Shown one piece after another: positions 40,953-49,794 of a stretch of DNA of 64,000 nucleotides (position 1 is the first letter of the stretch; every line of letters begins with the position of its first letter). The translations under genes and the position numbers were made by a program. Below the pieces are notes generated by a model. That model was not told the origin of the DNA. It made no database searches and saw only the letters and a program-made list of their open reading frames with translations. Origin of the DNA: Acidobacteriota bacterium (GTDB taxonomy: Bacteria; Acidobacteriota; Thermoanaerobaculia; Gp7-AA8); the NCBI GenBank assembly GCA_019244185.1, contig JAFATB010000019.1, forward strand, positions 160,001 to 224,000. Reading direction: 5' to 3'.

Positions 40953-41166
40953 CCACACGCGAGAAGACGGCTTCTCGGGAGGCGGTCGTAGCGTGCAAAT
41001 CTCCGTCGCCTCTTCATCGCCGTGAATGGGACGCGACTTCGACCGAGTCGCCTGACGATGCCGTCCGCATCAGCGATGCTGCTGCTCGCGAGTCGTGAGA
41101 TTGCACCGGCTGATTCGTCAGCCGCTCACGCGGTTCTTTCTCAAGCCATCCTTTCACTCCACTCCT

Positions 41167-41544
41167 ATGCGAAGCGTGAACAAAGTGATCCTCGTCGGCC
41201 ACCTTGCCGCCGATCCGGAGCAGTCCACCACGACCGCCGGACGGGTGCGCGTGACCTTCCCGGTCGCAACGCACCGGGATACCACCTCCGAGGGCGCGAA
41301 GAAGGACGTCACCGACTATCACCGGGTGACCTCCTGGGGGAAGCTCGCCGAAATCTGCGGCAAGTACCTCGCGAAAGGCCAAGGCGTCTATGTCGAGGGC
41401 ATGATCCTGAATCGCGCCTACGAGAAGGACGGCCAGCGCCGCTACGTCACCGAGATCCGCGCGGACGAAGTGAACATGCTGACGTGGAAGAAGCGGGATG
41501 GCGTCTCGAACGCCATCCTCAGCGATCTGCCTGACGGCGTGTAA
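41167..41544 (+). CDS. ssb: Single-stranded DNA-binding protein
   Basis: VNKVILVGHL..DPE, WGKLAE, KG..VYVEG and YEKDGQRRYVTEI motifs; no DDIPF tail. Confidence 0.95.
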   Translation: MRSVNKVILVGHLAADPEQSTTTAGRVRVTFPVATHRDTTSEGAKKDVTDYHRVTSWGKLAEICGKYLAKGQGVYVEGMILNRAYEKDGQRRYVTEIRADEVNMLTWKKRDGVSNAILSDLPDGV

Positions 41545-41745
41545 GTCCGTCGCGTCGGGGCGAGTGGCTCTCGTGCAATCTCACACTCGCTCCCACTTCG
41601 ACCGATTCGGCGATGGATTCCGGTCCGCATGTTTTCCTTCGACTGCGGACGACTTCCACGTCGCACCGGCTTCTCCTCGCAGCTGGTCTCTTTGAAAACC
41701 CACACGCACACGGCGAGCACCGGAACTCCTTAACCCTGTAATCCT

Positions 41746-41989
41746 ATGAACGCTCCTCGCTACACGCACGTGCTCCTCGACGCCGATTCGGGTGAAGCCG
41801 TGGGGGGCGATCCGCGATATCGATCAAACACCCGATGGCTCCGTCTTCGGCGTCATTCGGCGGTTCGATCGTGACGAGCCCGAGACCTACATGTGGCTCG
41901 ACGGCCTCGAGGTCATCCGACTCGCGGACGCCGCGGCGCATGTGCGGAAGCACGTCGCCTGGGCGCTCGCGCAACCCGCACCCGCATGA
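41746..41989 (+). pseudogene. Small protein interrupted at a G6 tract
   Basis: Removing one G from 41802-41807 joins MNAPRYTHVLLDADSGEAVG to AIRDIDQTPDG...AQPAPA. Confidence 0.6.
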
Positions 41990-42315
41990 CGGCGCTCGAA
42001 AAGCAGCACGCGTGGAGAAGCACGACCACCGTCTGCCCCCGGTGCGCGGCACAGCCGGGAAGTCACGCGTGGCCGAAGTCCTGGCTCCAGGAGCTGACGA
42101 TTGTCGACGGCATCCAAGCCGTCCACGGCGTGCTGTGTCGTCGGCCCTCATGCGGCTTCGCGGAGATCATCAGCCTGCGCGCCCACACCACCCCGGCCGC
42201 CGCACCCCGGCGACGCCGATGGCTCCGTGATGCCTTCGCCAAGCGCCCGGGCACGTTCGTGCTCGCGACGCTCGTGCAGGGCATCGCGATCGGTGTGCTC
42301 CTCGCGCTCGCGTAA
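41986..42315 (+). CDS. Zinc-ribbon protein with C-terminal TM helix
   Basis: CPRC...CRRPSC; C-terminal hydrophobic helix; ATGA overlap. Confidence 0.7.
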   Translation: MTALEKQHAWRSTTTVCPRCAAQPGSHAWPKSWLQELTIVDGIQAVHGVLCRRPSCGFAEIISLRAHTTPAAAPRRRRWLRDAFAKRPGTFVLATLVQGIAIGVLLALA

Positions 42316-42418
42316 CTCCTCTGGTGCGGTTCCGATGTGGAAGTCGCTCCGCACCTTGGGCCTCTGTCCCCACGCTGTAAGAACCAGAGCCGCGCCGCAG
42401 CCGCAGCCCGGCTCCCGT

Positions 42419-42751
42419 TCAGGTGCGGTCGATCACGGTCGCGTCCGGAGCGTTCTCCTTCACGGACTTGATGCCGCTGTCGCGCGCCGTGGTGGAGGAG
42501 TACATCTCGCTCGTGCCGATCACCTGCCCGTTCGTCGCGGTAAGGGTGAAGTACGGGCTCCCGTTCGTCGCGGTCTTGCGGACGTAGCGGGCATCGTCCT
42601 TCGCATTCTTGCGGACGGACTCGATGCCGTTCTCCGCGCCGCTCTTCGTCTCGTACGTCTCGCTCGTGAGGATGGTCTCGTAGTTCCCTGCGCGCAGGTT
42701 GAACCGGTACTTGCCGCTGCGGCCCTTCTCGATCACGAACGATCCTGCCAT
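42419..42751 (-). CDS. yegP: YegP/DUF1508 family protein
   Basis: Tandem F.L.A.N...I.TSE.Y repeats; AGGAGG RBS. Confidence 0.92.
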   Translation of the reverse strand: MAGSFVIEKGRSGKYRFNLRAGNYETILTSETYETKSGAENGIESVRKNAKDDARYVRKTATNGSPYFTLTATNGQVIGTSEMYSSTTARDSGIKSVKENAPDATVIDRT

Positions 42752-42892
42752 GTCCGGTCTCCTCCTGGTCCGTCACAGGAGCAGTGTTCGCGCACGCTTT
42801 CGACATGCGCGTGCCCTGTCCCTCCGAAAGACACGAAGCGTGCGGAATGGTGGCGTTCAAACCGATCCTGACTGGCGTCGACGGCCGCACGC

Positions 42893-44125
42893 TCACCGCA
42901 CGACGATCTGCACACTCGCCGTTGCCGGCCCGCACGGCGTGTCGACGGTGAGGGTCACCGTGTCCGTCCCGGCATGCGTCGCCGTGTAGGTGTGCCGCGT
43001 CTCGGGTGGCGAATGCACCGGCCCGCCGAGAGCGTTGCCGAGCGACGATGCGACGCTTCCCACTTCGCCGTGCCGCTCCTGCGTCGTGTAGGAGACGTAT
43101 GTGCTTTCGCCGACCGCAAGCGACGCCTTGCCCGCCGTGAACGATTCGATGAGCGGCTTCGCGCAGGTCCACACCGTCTCGGGTCCGCCGATCCCGGCGG
43201 AGCCGCACGCACTGTCGCCGTAGAAGGTGATGTTTGCTTCGCCGGCGCGCGCCGGCGTGTACACGACCTCGATCTCGCCGTTCGCCGAGCGCGCGCCGGC
43301 CGCGGGCGTGACCGTCCCATTATCCGTCTCCACCCACCATCGCGTGATCGAGGAACCTGCGAGGAAGAGCCAGCGTTGCTGCTGGCCGACTGCAACGCGG
43401 CCGTTCGCCTGCCCGATGTCGACGGCCGGCGCCTCGCCGATGCAGCGGGCGATCGGCAGCGTCATCGAGCTCGCGCCGCAGCGGCCGGTCACCGTGAGGA
43501 CCGGCTCGGCCGGAAGGGAAGGGAAGTAGACGCGCGCGCTGCCGCCGAACGCGCTCGACCCGGCGAGCGCGTCCCGGAAGGGCTGCGCGCCCTCGATCGA
43601 CCAGAACGAGCCGTGCTCATAGCTGAACTGGAGCGTCGTAAAGGTGAAGGGCGCGAGCGCCCCGTGTTCCGCCCCGAAGCTATTAATGATCGGCGGTGGC
43701 TCGATCGGCACTGCTGCCGTCGTCTCAGGCCCGATGTCGCAGGTGGTCGCGATCGCCGAAGCGTCATGTTCGCGCGCGCAGTGACCACCATCGCCCCCGA
43801 GGAGGGGAGGTCGCACGCCACGTCGCGGATGTGGACGCGGGCGTTCGGCTCCGAGGCTTGCCACGAGACACGGACCGGCTCCCCGTCGCAGGCGGAGCCT
43901 TCGAACGTCAGCCGCACCGTGGGCTTCGAGGTGCAGGCTGAGCCGCCGAAGCGCACGGCGCGGCGTCGCACGAGCGGCCGTGTGAGCGGGTAGCAGGCGG
44001 TGGTGTCGGCCGGCGCCGCCACCTGCTGGATCTCCTCGGGCGGCGTCTGAGCGTGGGAGGCCACCGGGGCGAAGAGAAGTGTCAGCAGGCCGATGGCTCG
44101 TGCGCGGCGGGCGATGCTTCGCCAT
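42893..44125 (-). pseudogene. Secreted Ig-like repeat protein with frameshift(s)
   Basis: The signal peptide and first domain (AIGLLTLLFAPVASHAQ...RRRAVR...NMTL) lie in a different frame from the C-terminal Ig-like repeats. The frames switch near 43760. Confidence 0.65.
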
Positions 44126-44166
44126 ACTGAGACTGCTCCCGCCTTCTTCCTTCCGGTCTCTCGAAA

Positions 44167-44808
44167 ATGCAGAAAAGCGTCAAACTCACCGGCCTCGTGT
44201 CGGCAGAACGAAACGTCCCGACCACGCGCCCATCTGGCGTGCGCTACGTATCGAAAGAGGAGGTCGAACAGTTCTTCGCCGCGATCCCGAGGGAGAACCT
44301 TCGAGATCGGCTGCTGTTCGACCTCATCTACCGTCACGGGCTGCGACGTCGCGAAGTCGCGCTCATCAGCGTGGACGACGTCTCGCTCCGCCACAGGTCC
44401 ATCTGGATCAGCCGAGTGAAGCAAGGGATCCCAGGCATGTACCGGCTACATCCGAAGACGATCGCGCTGCTGCGCGACTACCTGCCGACGCGGCACGTCG
44501 GCAACGGCCGGTTTCTCTTTCAGAGCACGAGGCGACCGGGTGCCGCGATCTCACCCTCGATGATCTACTACCTGTTCCGGCGCTATGCGACGGCGGCCAA
44601 CCTGCCGGAGGGCCGGCGGAACGTGCACGTCTTCCGGCACAGCATCGCCGTGCATTTCATGAACGAAGGCATCGACTCGGCAGACGTGAAGGACTGGCTC
44701 GGCCATCGGAGCATCTCCTCCACGATGATCTACGCCCAAGTAACGAATAAGCGGCGAGACGCGACCTACCAGCGCGTGCGCTCGTCGAAGGAGATCGCGA
44801 GGACATGA
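44167..44808 (+). CDS. FimB/FimE-like tyrosine recombinase
   Basis: RYVSKEEV, RDRLL...YRHGLR, RVKQG, HVFRHS and WLGHRSISSTMIY motifs; no N-terminal CB domain. Confidence 0.9.
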   Translation: MQKSVKLTGLVSAERNVPTTRPSGVRYVSKEEVEQFFAAIPRENLRDRLLFDLIYRHGLRRREVALISVDDVSLRHRSIWISRVKQGIPGMYRLHPKTIALLRDYLPTRHVGNGRFLFQSTRRPGAAISPSMIYYLFRRYATAANLPEGRRNVHVFRHSIAVHFMNEGIDSADVKDWLGHRSISSTMIYAQVTNKRRDATYQRVRSSKEIART

Positions 44809-44812
44809 CGGC

Positions 44813-44842
44813 CATTCACGCTTTTCTGCAAAAGCGTCAATG
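44813..44842. other. Putative tyrosine-recombinase site (12-6-12 palindrome)
   Basis: CATTCACGCTTT-TCTGCA-AAAGCGTCAATG, 11/12 arm match; inverted spacer plus one arm repeated at 44168-44184. Confidence 0.65.
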
Positions 44843-45273
44843 CTGCCCTTCGGCAGACAGCTCATTTCGCGTTCATTTCAGACGATGGAACGCCGCTTAC
44901 GTTACCAAGCCGACCCAGTCCGTTGGTCGTCCCAGAACAACCAACACGAGGGAACTCGATGTCCATCTTTAAAGTGGACAGCATGCGTTCGGTCTAGCGT
45001 GATCTGCTAACGCCGCGTGCGGCTTCGGGGAATCCTGAGTTGCCGGCGACTTGTCACCCGTCCGCGTCCGTCCGGTCACGACTATCCCCGTTTCGCCAAG
45101 CGGCGCGGGGGCTACCCTCGCACGCTCGCGATTGCAGCCTTGGTGCGCGGCATCGTGCTCGGGCTCATCGGCGTTAGGAATACGGCAGAATGCGAGGACA
45201 CGGCGAGTCATCAGAACTCGCCGACGCGGCTATCCGCTGGGGAACCTTGAATCTTGCCGTTTTTCAGTCGAGG

Positions 45274-45302
45274 GGTAGGGAATTTTCTCTCCAGGTCACT
45301 CC
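45274..45302 (+). promoter_or_regulatory. GGTAGGGAA-N11-GGTCACTCC motif, copy 2
   Basis: Exact match, about 75 nt upstream of the SBP gene. Confidence 0.75.
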
Positions 45303-45378
45303 CCTTAGTGGCTCGAGCTACCACAAATGATGATATCCCTCACTCGACAGGCAGAGAGCTGGCGAGGAGGGTGCTGCC

Positions 45379-46392
45379 GTGAAGGAGTACCTGATGAATC
45401 ATCCTCGGCGTCCAAGTGCGTTGTTCACCATAATGTTACTGCTCCTCGCTAGCTGCGCGAAAGATGAGGGACGCACAACTTCAGCGGCCCCCGCAGCGCG
45501 CGCATCTCTTCGGGTTGCTGTGAATCCGGTGCCGCAGTCCGCGCTTGTGATCATCGCCGCAGAGCGCGGCTACTTTGCACGCGAAAACCTCGACGTCACC
45601 GTCAGCCGTTTCCCTACGGGCAAGCTCGCCTTTGACGCGGTGCTCGGAGGGGCGGCCGATGTTGCGACGGTCGCCGACGTCCCAATCATGTACGCGCTCA
45701 TGTCCGGGCAGGCGCCAGCAGTACTCGCGACAATCGAACGATCTGGGAAAAGCGTCAAACTGCTCGCCCGCAAGGACGCCGCAATCGCGTCTCCTGCGGA
45801 CCTTCGCGGCAAGAAGGTCGGTACGTTCAAGGGTAGCAGCGGGGAATTCTTTCTCGACGCGCTGTTGGCCAAGCACCACGTACCATCCGCCGAAGTGGCG
45901 ATCGTACATTTACAGCCACCGGACCTAGTGACGGCGATCACCAGAAAGGACGTCGCGGCTATTAGTATCTTCGAACCCCATATCCACAACGCGGCTACAG
46001 TTCTCGGATCGAACGCGTTGGTGGTCGAGGACCCGTCGGTCTACACCGAAATCTTCAATGTCGCGACGACAGAAAAGGCCCTCGCCGCTCGGCAAGACGC
46101 CTTTGTCTCGTTCCTACGCGCTCTGCAGCGAGCCGCGGACGACATCAGGCGGGATCCGAATGGCGCGCAGGCGAGCGTCGCTCGATTCACCCAGCTTGAC
46201 CCAAATGTGCTGCGTGAAATTTGGCCGATGTTTCAGTTCACCATCACGACCGATCGTGTGCTCCCCGATCTACTACGACGCGAAGCGGATTTCGCCGTGC
46301 GTTCTGGGTCGCTGCCAGCGCCGAGCTCGGAACCACAGTTCGAACGTGTGCTCAAACCTGAAGTTCTTAGTAAGGCAACCGCTACGCCATGA
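45379..46392 (+). CDS. NrtA/SsuA/NMT1-family ABC substrate-binding lipoprotein
   Basis: Lipobox LASC; IAAERGYFARENLDV, DLRGKKVG..KGSSGE and IFEP motifs. Confidence 0.9.
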   Translation: MKEYLMNHPRRPSALFTIMLLLLASCAKDEGRTTSAAPAARASLRVAVNPVPQSALVIIAAERGYFARENLDVTVSRFPTGKLAFDAVLGGAADVATVADVPIMYALMSGQAPAVLATIERSGKSVKLLARKDAAIASPADLRGKKVGTFKGSSGEFFLDALLAKHHVPSAEVAIVHLQPPDLVTAITRKDVAAISIFEPHIHNAATVLGSNALVVEDPSVYTEIFNVATTEKALAARQDAFVSFLRALQRAADDIRRDPNGAQASVARFTQLDPNVLREIWPMFQFTITTDRVLPDLLRREADFAVRSGSLPAPSSEPQFERVLKPEVLSKATATP

Positions 46393-46427
46393 CCGCCGAC
46401 CCCATTACGCGATAGAAAGTTCACGCA

Positions 46428-48812
46428 ATGGCAAACAACGGCACCGAAGGCGTTCTGAGAGATCTTCTACAAGATCTTCAGCAACGGCGCGACGGCAGTT
46501 TTTCAGAGAACCTCCAACGCCTCTTTACGCATGACGTCTTGTCTCAGCTTGCACCGCAAACCGACTTGAAAGCCGTTCTGAAATCCGCGTCGCCAGCCGA
46601 GGTGTCCGCTCGCGAACTCCAGGCCACCCGTGCCGATGACGGGAACCGATCGAATGATGCTGCCACCCTTCTCGCCCGAAATGCTTCGCCGGGCGCGTCA
46701 TCCACACCGGCTCGCGGCAAAAAGAGGCGTGGCAACGAGGGCACTCATGGCGTGTCTCAACCCGCTGTTTCGCCTTCAGCCATGAAGGCGCAGGTTCCGA
46801 AGGATGAAGAGGTGCTTCGTGACCCAGCTGCTCCATCGCCCACAATCATCGTCTCGGCATTTCATTACGTGAGCCAAACACTTGGAAAGTGGTTTCGGGT
46901 CATCCTTGAGCCCGAGCTTTTGAACGAGAGCGGCATACAGCCCCTAGAGCTGTCCCAGCACGAATACGCGTACGACGAAGCACCACAACGATTGAACATT
47001 CCTGTCTGGAAAACGGTGCGCGAGCCGCTCTGGATCCAATTCGGCGGCGAAGAGCAATCGCCATTCCCCGACTCTGATCGATACCTATACGTCTCCGCTG
47101 AGGAAAAGAGACTTCTAAACGAACTGCTTGAGAACTACGTTGAGGGCCGTCGCTTCTACCGGTTTATCCTCGGCCTCGGGAAGCTTGAGAATCTTGCAAC
47201 GGCGTCCGTTGACCGCATGGCTGGCGTTCTTGAGAAGCTTTACAAGCTCATGCCACCCGAACGACCGATCGCAGCCCCGGACATTTTTGACAGAGATGAA
47301 AAGAACGCCGTATGGCGCGCCTTCGTCTTTTCCTTTTTCCTATCGATTCGTGCACGGTCCCCGGAGGTTCATGTCCTTGTCGTTCCGTGCTGTTTCGATG
47401 GTTCCAGCATGCTTGAACGTGATCTACCCCAGCTCGGCACATTTGTCGGAGCGTATGTCGGCAAGCCGTCACAACAAACCATCGACTCGATTAGCAGAGT
47501 CTTCTCGCCAATTGTTCGCGCTCTTGCGCTTCGCGAACTAAACGCTCTTCAAGTGGCGAATGGTCGCGACATCGTAGGGATTGAGGATGTCATTCGAAGC
47601 TGCGCATACCTCGATAAGCGCGTACAAGAGGACGTCAACCAATATCGCGGCTGGCTGAAGAAAAATCTGCAGCCACTATTATATGGCAGGGGTGAGGACG
47701 AGTGGCCGGACTTGGATGTATTCCGGATGACGGGCGGGGATGAACGCATGCTTCAGCTCTTTGACCGCATCGCCTCGGCCGCCCGCGACGGCGTCGGCAA
47801 AGACGGACTGACCAAGGGAAGAACCTTTTTCTTTAGTTCTGAGCCAGGCTGCGGCAAAGAAAACATCGCGACCCTTTGCCATCTCCTTAGCCCCCGAGTA
47901 CTAAACGGAGATGGCGGCGAAAACACCCAGCATTTCACGGCGGCGTCAGCCATCGCGGGAGGTGAGAAATATGGACCGGCAATGCTAGCGACTGAAGTGC
48001 AGGCCAAGATCCACTTAGCCGCAATACAGGATCCTGAATGGCTCCGTCTCCGGTCATCGGCCTCCGCGGAGCTTCTCAATGCGGTTAAAATTTCGAAGGG
48101 CGATGCCCCCACGGCGAAAGCGGTCCTTGAGCTCCTCAGAAGCGCGCCGCTGTTTAATTACGATGCCTTCAATACGAGCCTGCTCAATCAGCGGAACTTC
48201 GCAGAGCTGATGTTCGGCTCAAGCGAGAAGCCGGGCGTCCTTTTTCGGATACATGAATTGTCGGGCACTGTTTTCCTGGATGAAATCAACACAACAGAAC
48301 CCGGAATAGCAAACAATCTGTTGCGTGTGCTTGATAAGCCGCATCAGATCCCGGTAAAAAAAGGCGATATCTACCGCGACGAGACGATCAACATTCAGAT
48401 CGTTTTCGGCTCGAATCGCACGGCGGAGGAATTGCTCGCAGATGGCTTCAATTCCGCCGTGGTGTTCCGTCTGGCGGCGCGGCCCTTCCGTATTCCGCCA
48501 CTCCGCGAGCGCAAGAATGACATCGCGATCTTTGTTAATCACCACCTGTTGAAGCGGCGGGATGACAATCGGGAAAAGCTTGGAAACCTGAGTCGTATCT
48601 CACTGAATGGCCTTCGTCTGATCTGCGAGCTTCCGTGGGCTGATAACTACCGAGGATTGCGAGCGTTCCTGGACGACTTGATCGAAGAGCGGCTGCGGCG
48701 CGAGGTGCGCGACGCGGAGATCACCTTCGACGACGTAATTCGGGCGATTTCCAGACGTGAGGCAATGCGCGTCACGCCAACCCCAGTGAAGGCCGTTCGA
48801 CTGTCAGCGTGA
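46428..48812 (+). CDS. Atypical sigma54-activator-like AAA+ protein
   Basis: EPGCGKE, TVFLDEI, LLRVL, FRL, IPPLRERKNDI and WADNYRGL motifs. GAFTGA loop and C-terminal HTH absent. Confidence 0.75.
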   Translation: MANNGTEGVLRDLLQDLQQRRDGSFSENLQRLFTHDVLSQLAPQTDLKAVLKSASPAEVSARELQATRADDGNRSNDAATLLARNASPGASSTPARGKKRRGNEGTHGVSQPAVSPSAMKAQVPKDEEVLRDPAAPSPTIIVSAFHYVSQTLGKWFRVILEPELLNESGIQPLELSQHEYAYDEAPQRLNIPVWKTVREPLWIQFGGEEQSPFPDSDRYLYVSAEEKRLLNELLENYVEGRRFYRFILGLGKLENLATASVDRMAGVLEKLYKLMPPERPIAAPDIFDRDEKNAVWRAFVFSFFLSIRARSPEVHVLVVPCCFDGSSMLERDLPQLGTFVGAYVGKPSQQTIDSISRVFSPIVRALALRELNALQVANGRDIVGIEDVIRSCAYLDKRVQEDVNQYRGWLKKNLQPLLYGRGEDEWPDLDVFRMTGGDERMLQLFDRIASAARDGVGKDGLTKGRTFFFSSEPGCGKENIATLCHLLSPRVLNGDGGENTQHFTAASAIAGGEKYGPAMLATEVQAKIHLAAIQDPEWLRLRSSASAELLNAVKISKGDAPTAKAVLELLRSAPLFNYDAFNTSLLNQRNFAELMFGSSEKPGVLFRIHELSGTVFLDEINTTEPGIANNLLRVLDKPHQIPVKKGDIYRDETINIQIVFGSNRTAEELLADGFNSAVVFRLAARPFRIPPLRERKNDIAIFVNHHLLKRRDDNREKLGNLSRISLNGLRLICELPWADNYRGLRAFLDDLIEERLRREVRDAEITFDDVIRAISRREAMRVTPTPVKAVRLSA

Positions 48813-48828
48813 GTGGCGCGCTGGTACC

Positions 48829-49794
48829 GTGTCTCGCGAACCACTAACATTTGCCATGCGATCAACCGAGACCACGACCATCTCCGCACCATGGCCCCCT
48901 GACGATCGTCCGGTGGCCGTCACGCGTTTCAACGGCCTCGACATCGAGTCCGATGGTCCGAGCTGTGTGGCTCAAGACCGGGTGTTCCCGCTGTTCGACG
49001 ATGAGTCGCTGCTCCTGGCAGCTGCCCTGGACCCGGCGCCTGATACGTCCGTTCTCGACGTCGGAACTGGATCGGGCATCTTGGCGCTCGCCGCAGCGCA
49101 GCGCGGCGCGACTGTCCTCGCGACGGATGTGAACCCACGGGCGATCGCCTGCGCCCGCCACAACACCGACGCGAATGGCTTTGCCAACTCCATTAAGATC
49201 CTTCACGCTGATGTCTACACGGGTTTGGACCGTGGCAAGCTCGACCTCATCGTGGCAAACCCTCCTTTTCTGCCTACACCGCCTGAGCTCGAGCTTCTGC
49301 TGACCAGCGGCGGTGGTCCATACGGCACACGGATCGTATCGCCGCTGATCGCCGACGCGCGCGCGATGTTACGGGACGGCGGCCGCTTCGTCTGCCTTGC
49401 CGTCAGCTTCGGGTCACCGGGCAGTTCGGTTGCGCAGCAGCTCGTCGAGAGCGCCTTCTCCGATGGGGATGACGTGCGTGTGCGGGACATCTACGGCTCT
49501 TCGATCTCCGTCGATCGCCTACTGGACCTCTACGCGCGGTGGCATTCAATAACCTCTTGGCGTCGAATGTTGGCCGACCATGGCCTCACGGAGTTGCACT
49601 ATGTCCTCATCGAGGCCAGCAAGGCCACGCCGCTGCCGGCTCCGCGGGCGGTGCAACTTCCCCCCGAGTCGACGTTTGCAGGTTCATGGGATGCGCGATT
49701 TCGCCGCTATGAGGCGTGGTTTAGCGCACTCGATTGCACGGTGTGGGTTCCGCGATCGCGCGGAGAGGCAGACGCTCTTCCGCATTACTTATGA
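48829..49794 (+). CDS. HemK/PrmC-like class I SAM methyltransferase
   Basis: VLDVGTGSG, TDVNPRA and LIVANPPF motifs. Confidence 0.88.
   Translation: MSREPLTFAMRSTETTTISAPWPPDDRPVAVTRFNGLDIESDGPSCVAQDRVFPLFDDESLLLAAALDPAPDTSVLDVGTGSGILALAAAQRGATVLATDVNPRAIACARHNTDANGFANSIKILHADVYTGLDRGKLDLIVANPPFLPTPPELELLLTSGGGPYGTRIVSPLIADARAMLRDGGRFVCLAVSFGSPGSSVAQQLVESAFSDGDDVRVRDIYGSSISVDRLLDLYARWHSITSWRRMLADHGLTELHYVLIEASKATPLPAPRAVQLPPESTFAGSWDARFRRYEAWFSALDCTVWVPRSRGEADALPHYL

Larger units (their letters stand above)
40400..42355 (+). repeat. Three tandem units: TTCGACC box, 5' arm, hairpin/boxA-like, ORF(s), complementary 3' arm
   Basis: Arm pairs 40449-40467/40993-41009, 41088-41106/41573-41590 and 41644-41663/42333-42353. 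Confidence 0.8.

Noticed and set aside
45005-45179. Integron attC site (CTAAC...GTTAG)
   Set aside because: Ends do not fit RYYYAAC/GTTRRRY, the span is longer than typical attC sites, there is a single copy, and no recombinase here shows a clear IntI signature.
44845-45378. Guanidine-I (ykkC) or TPP riboswitch ahead of the SBP/arginase operon
   Set aside because: Could not find the conserved cores by eye; needs an Infernal scan.
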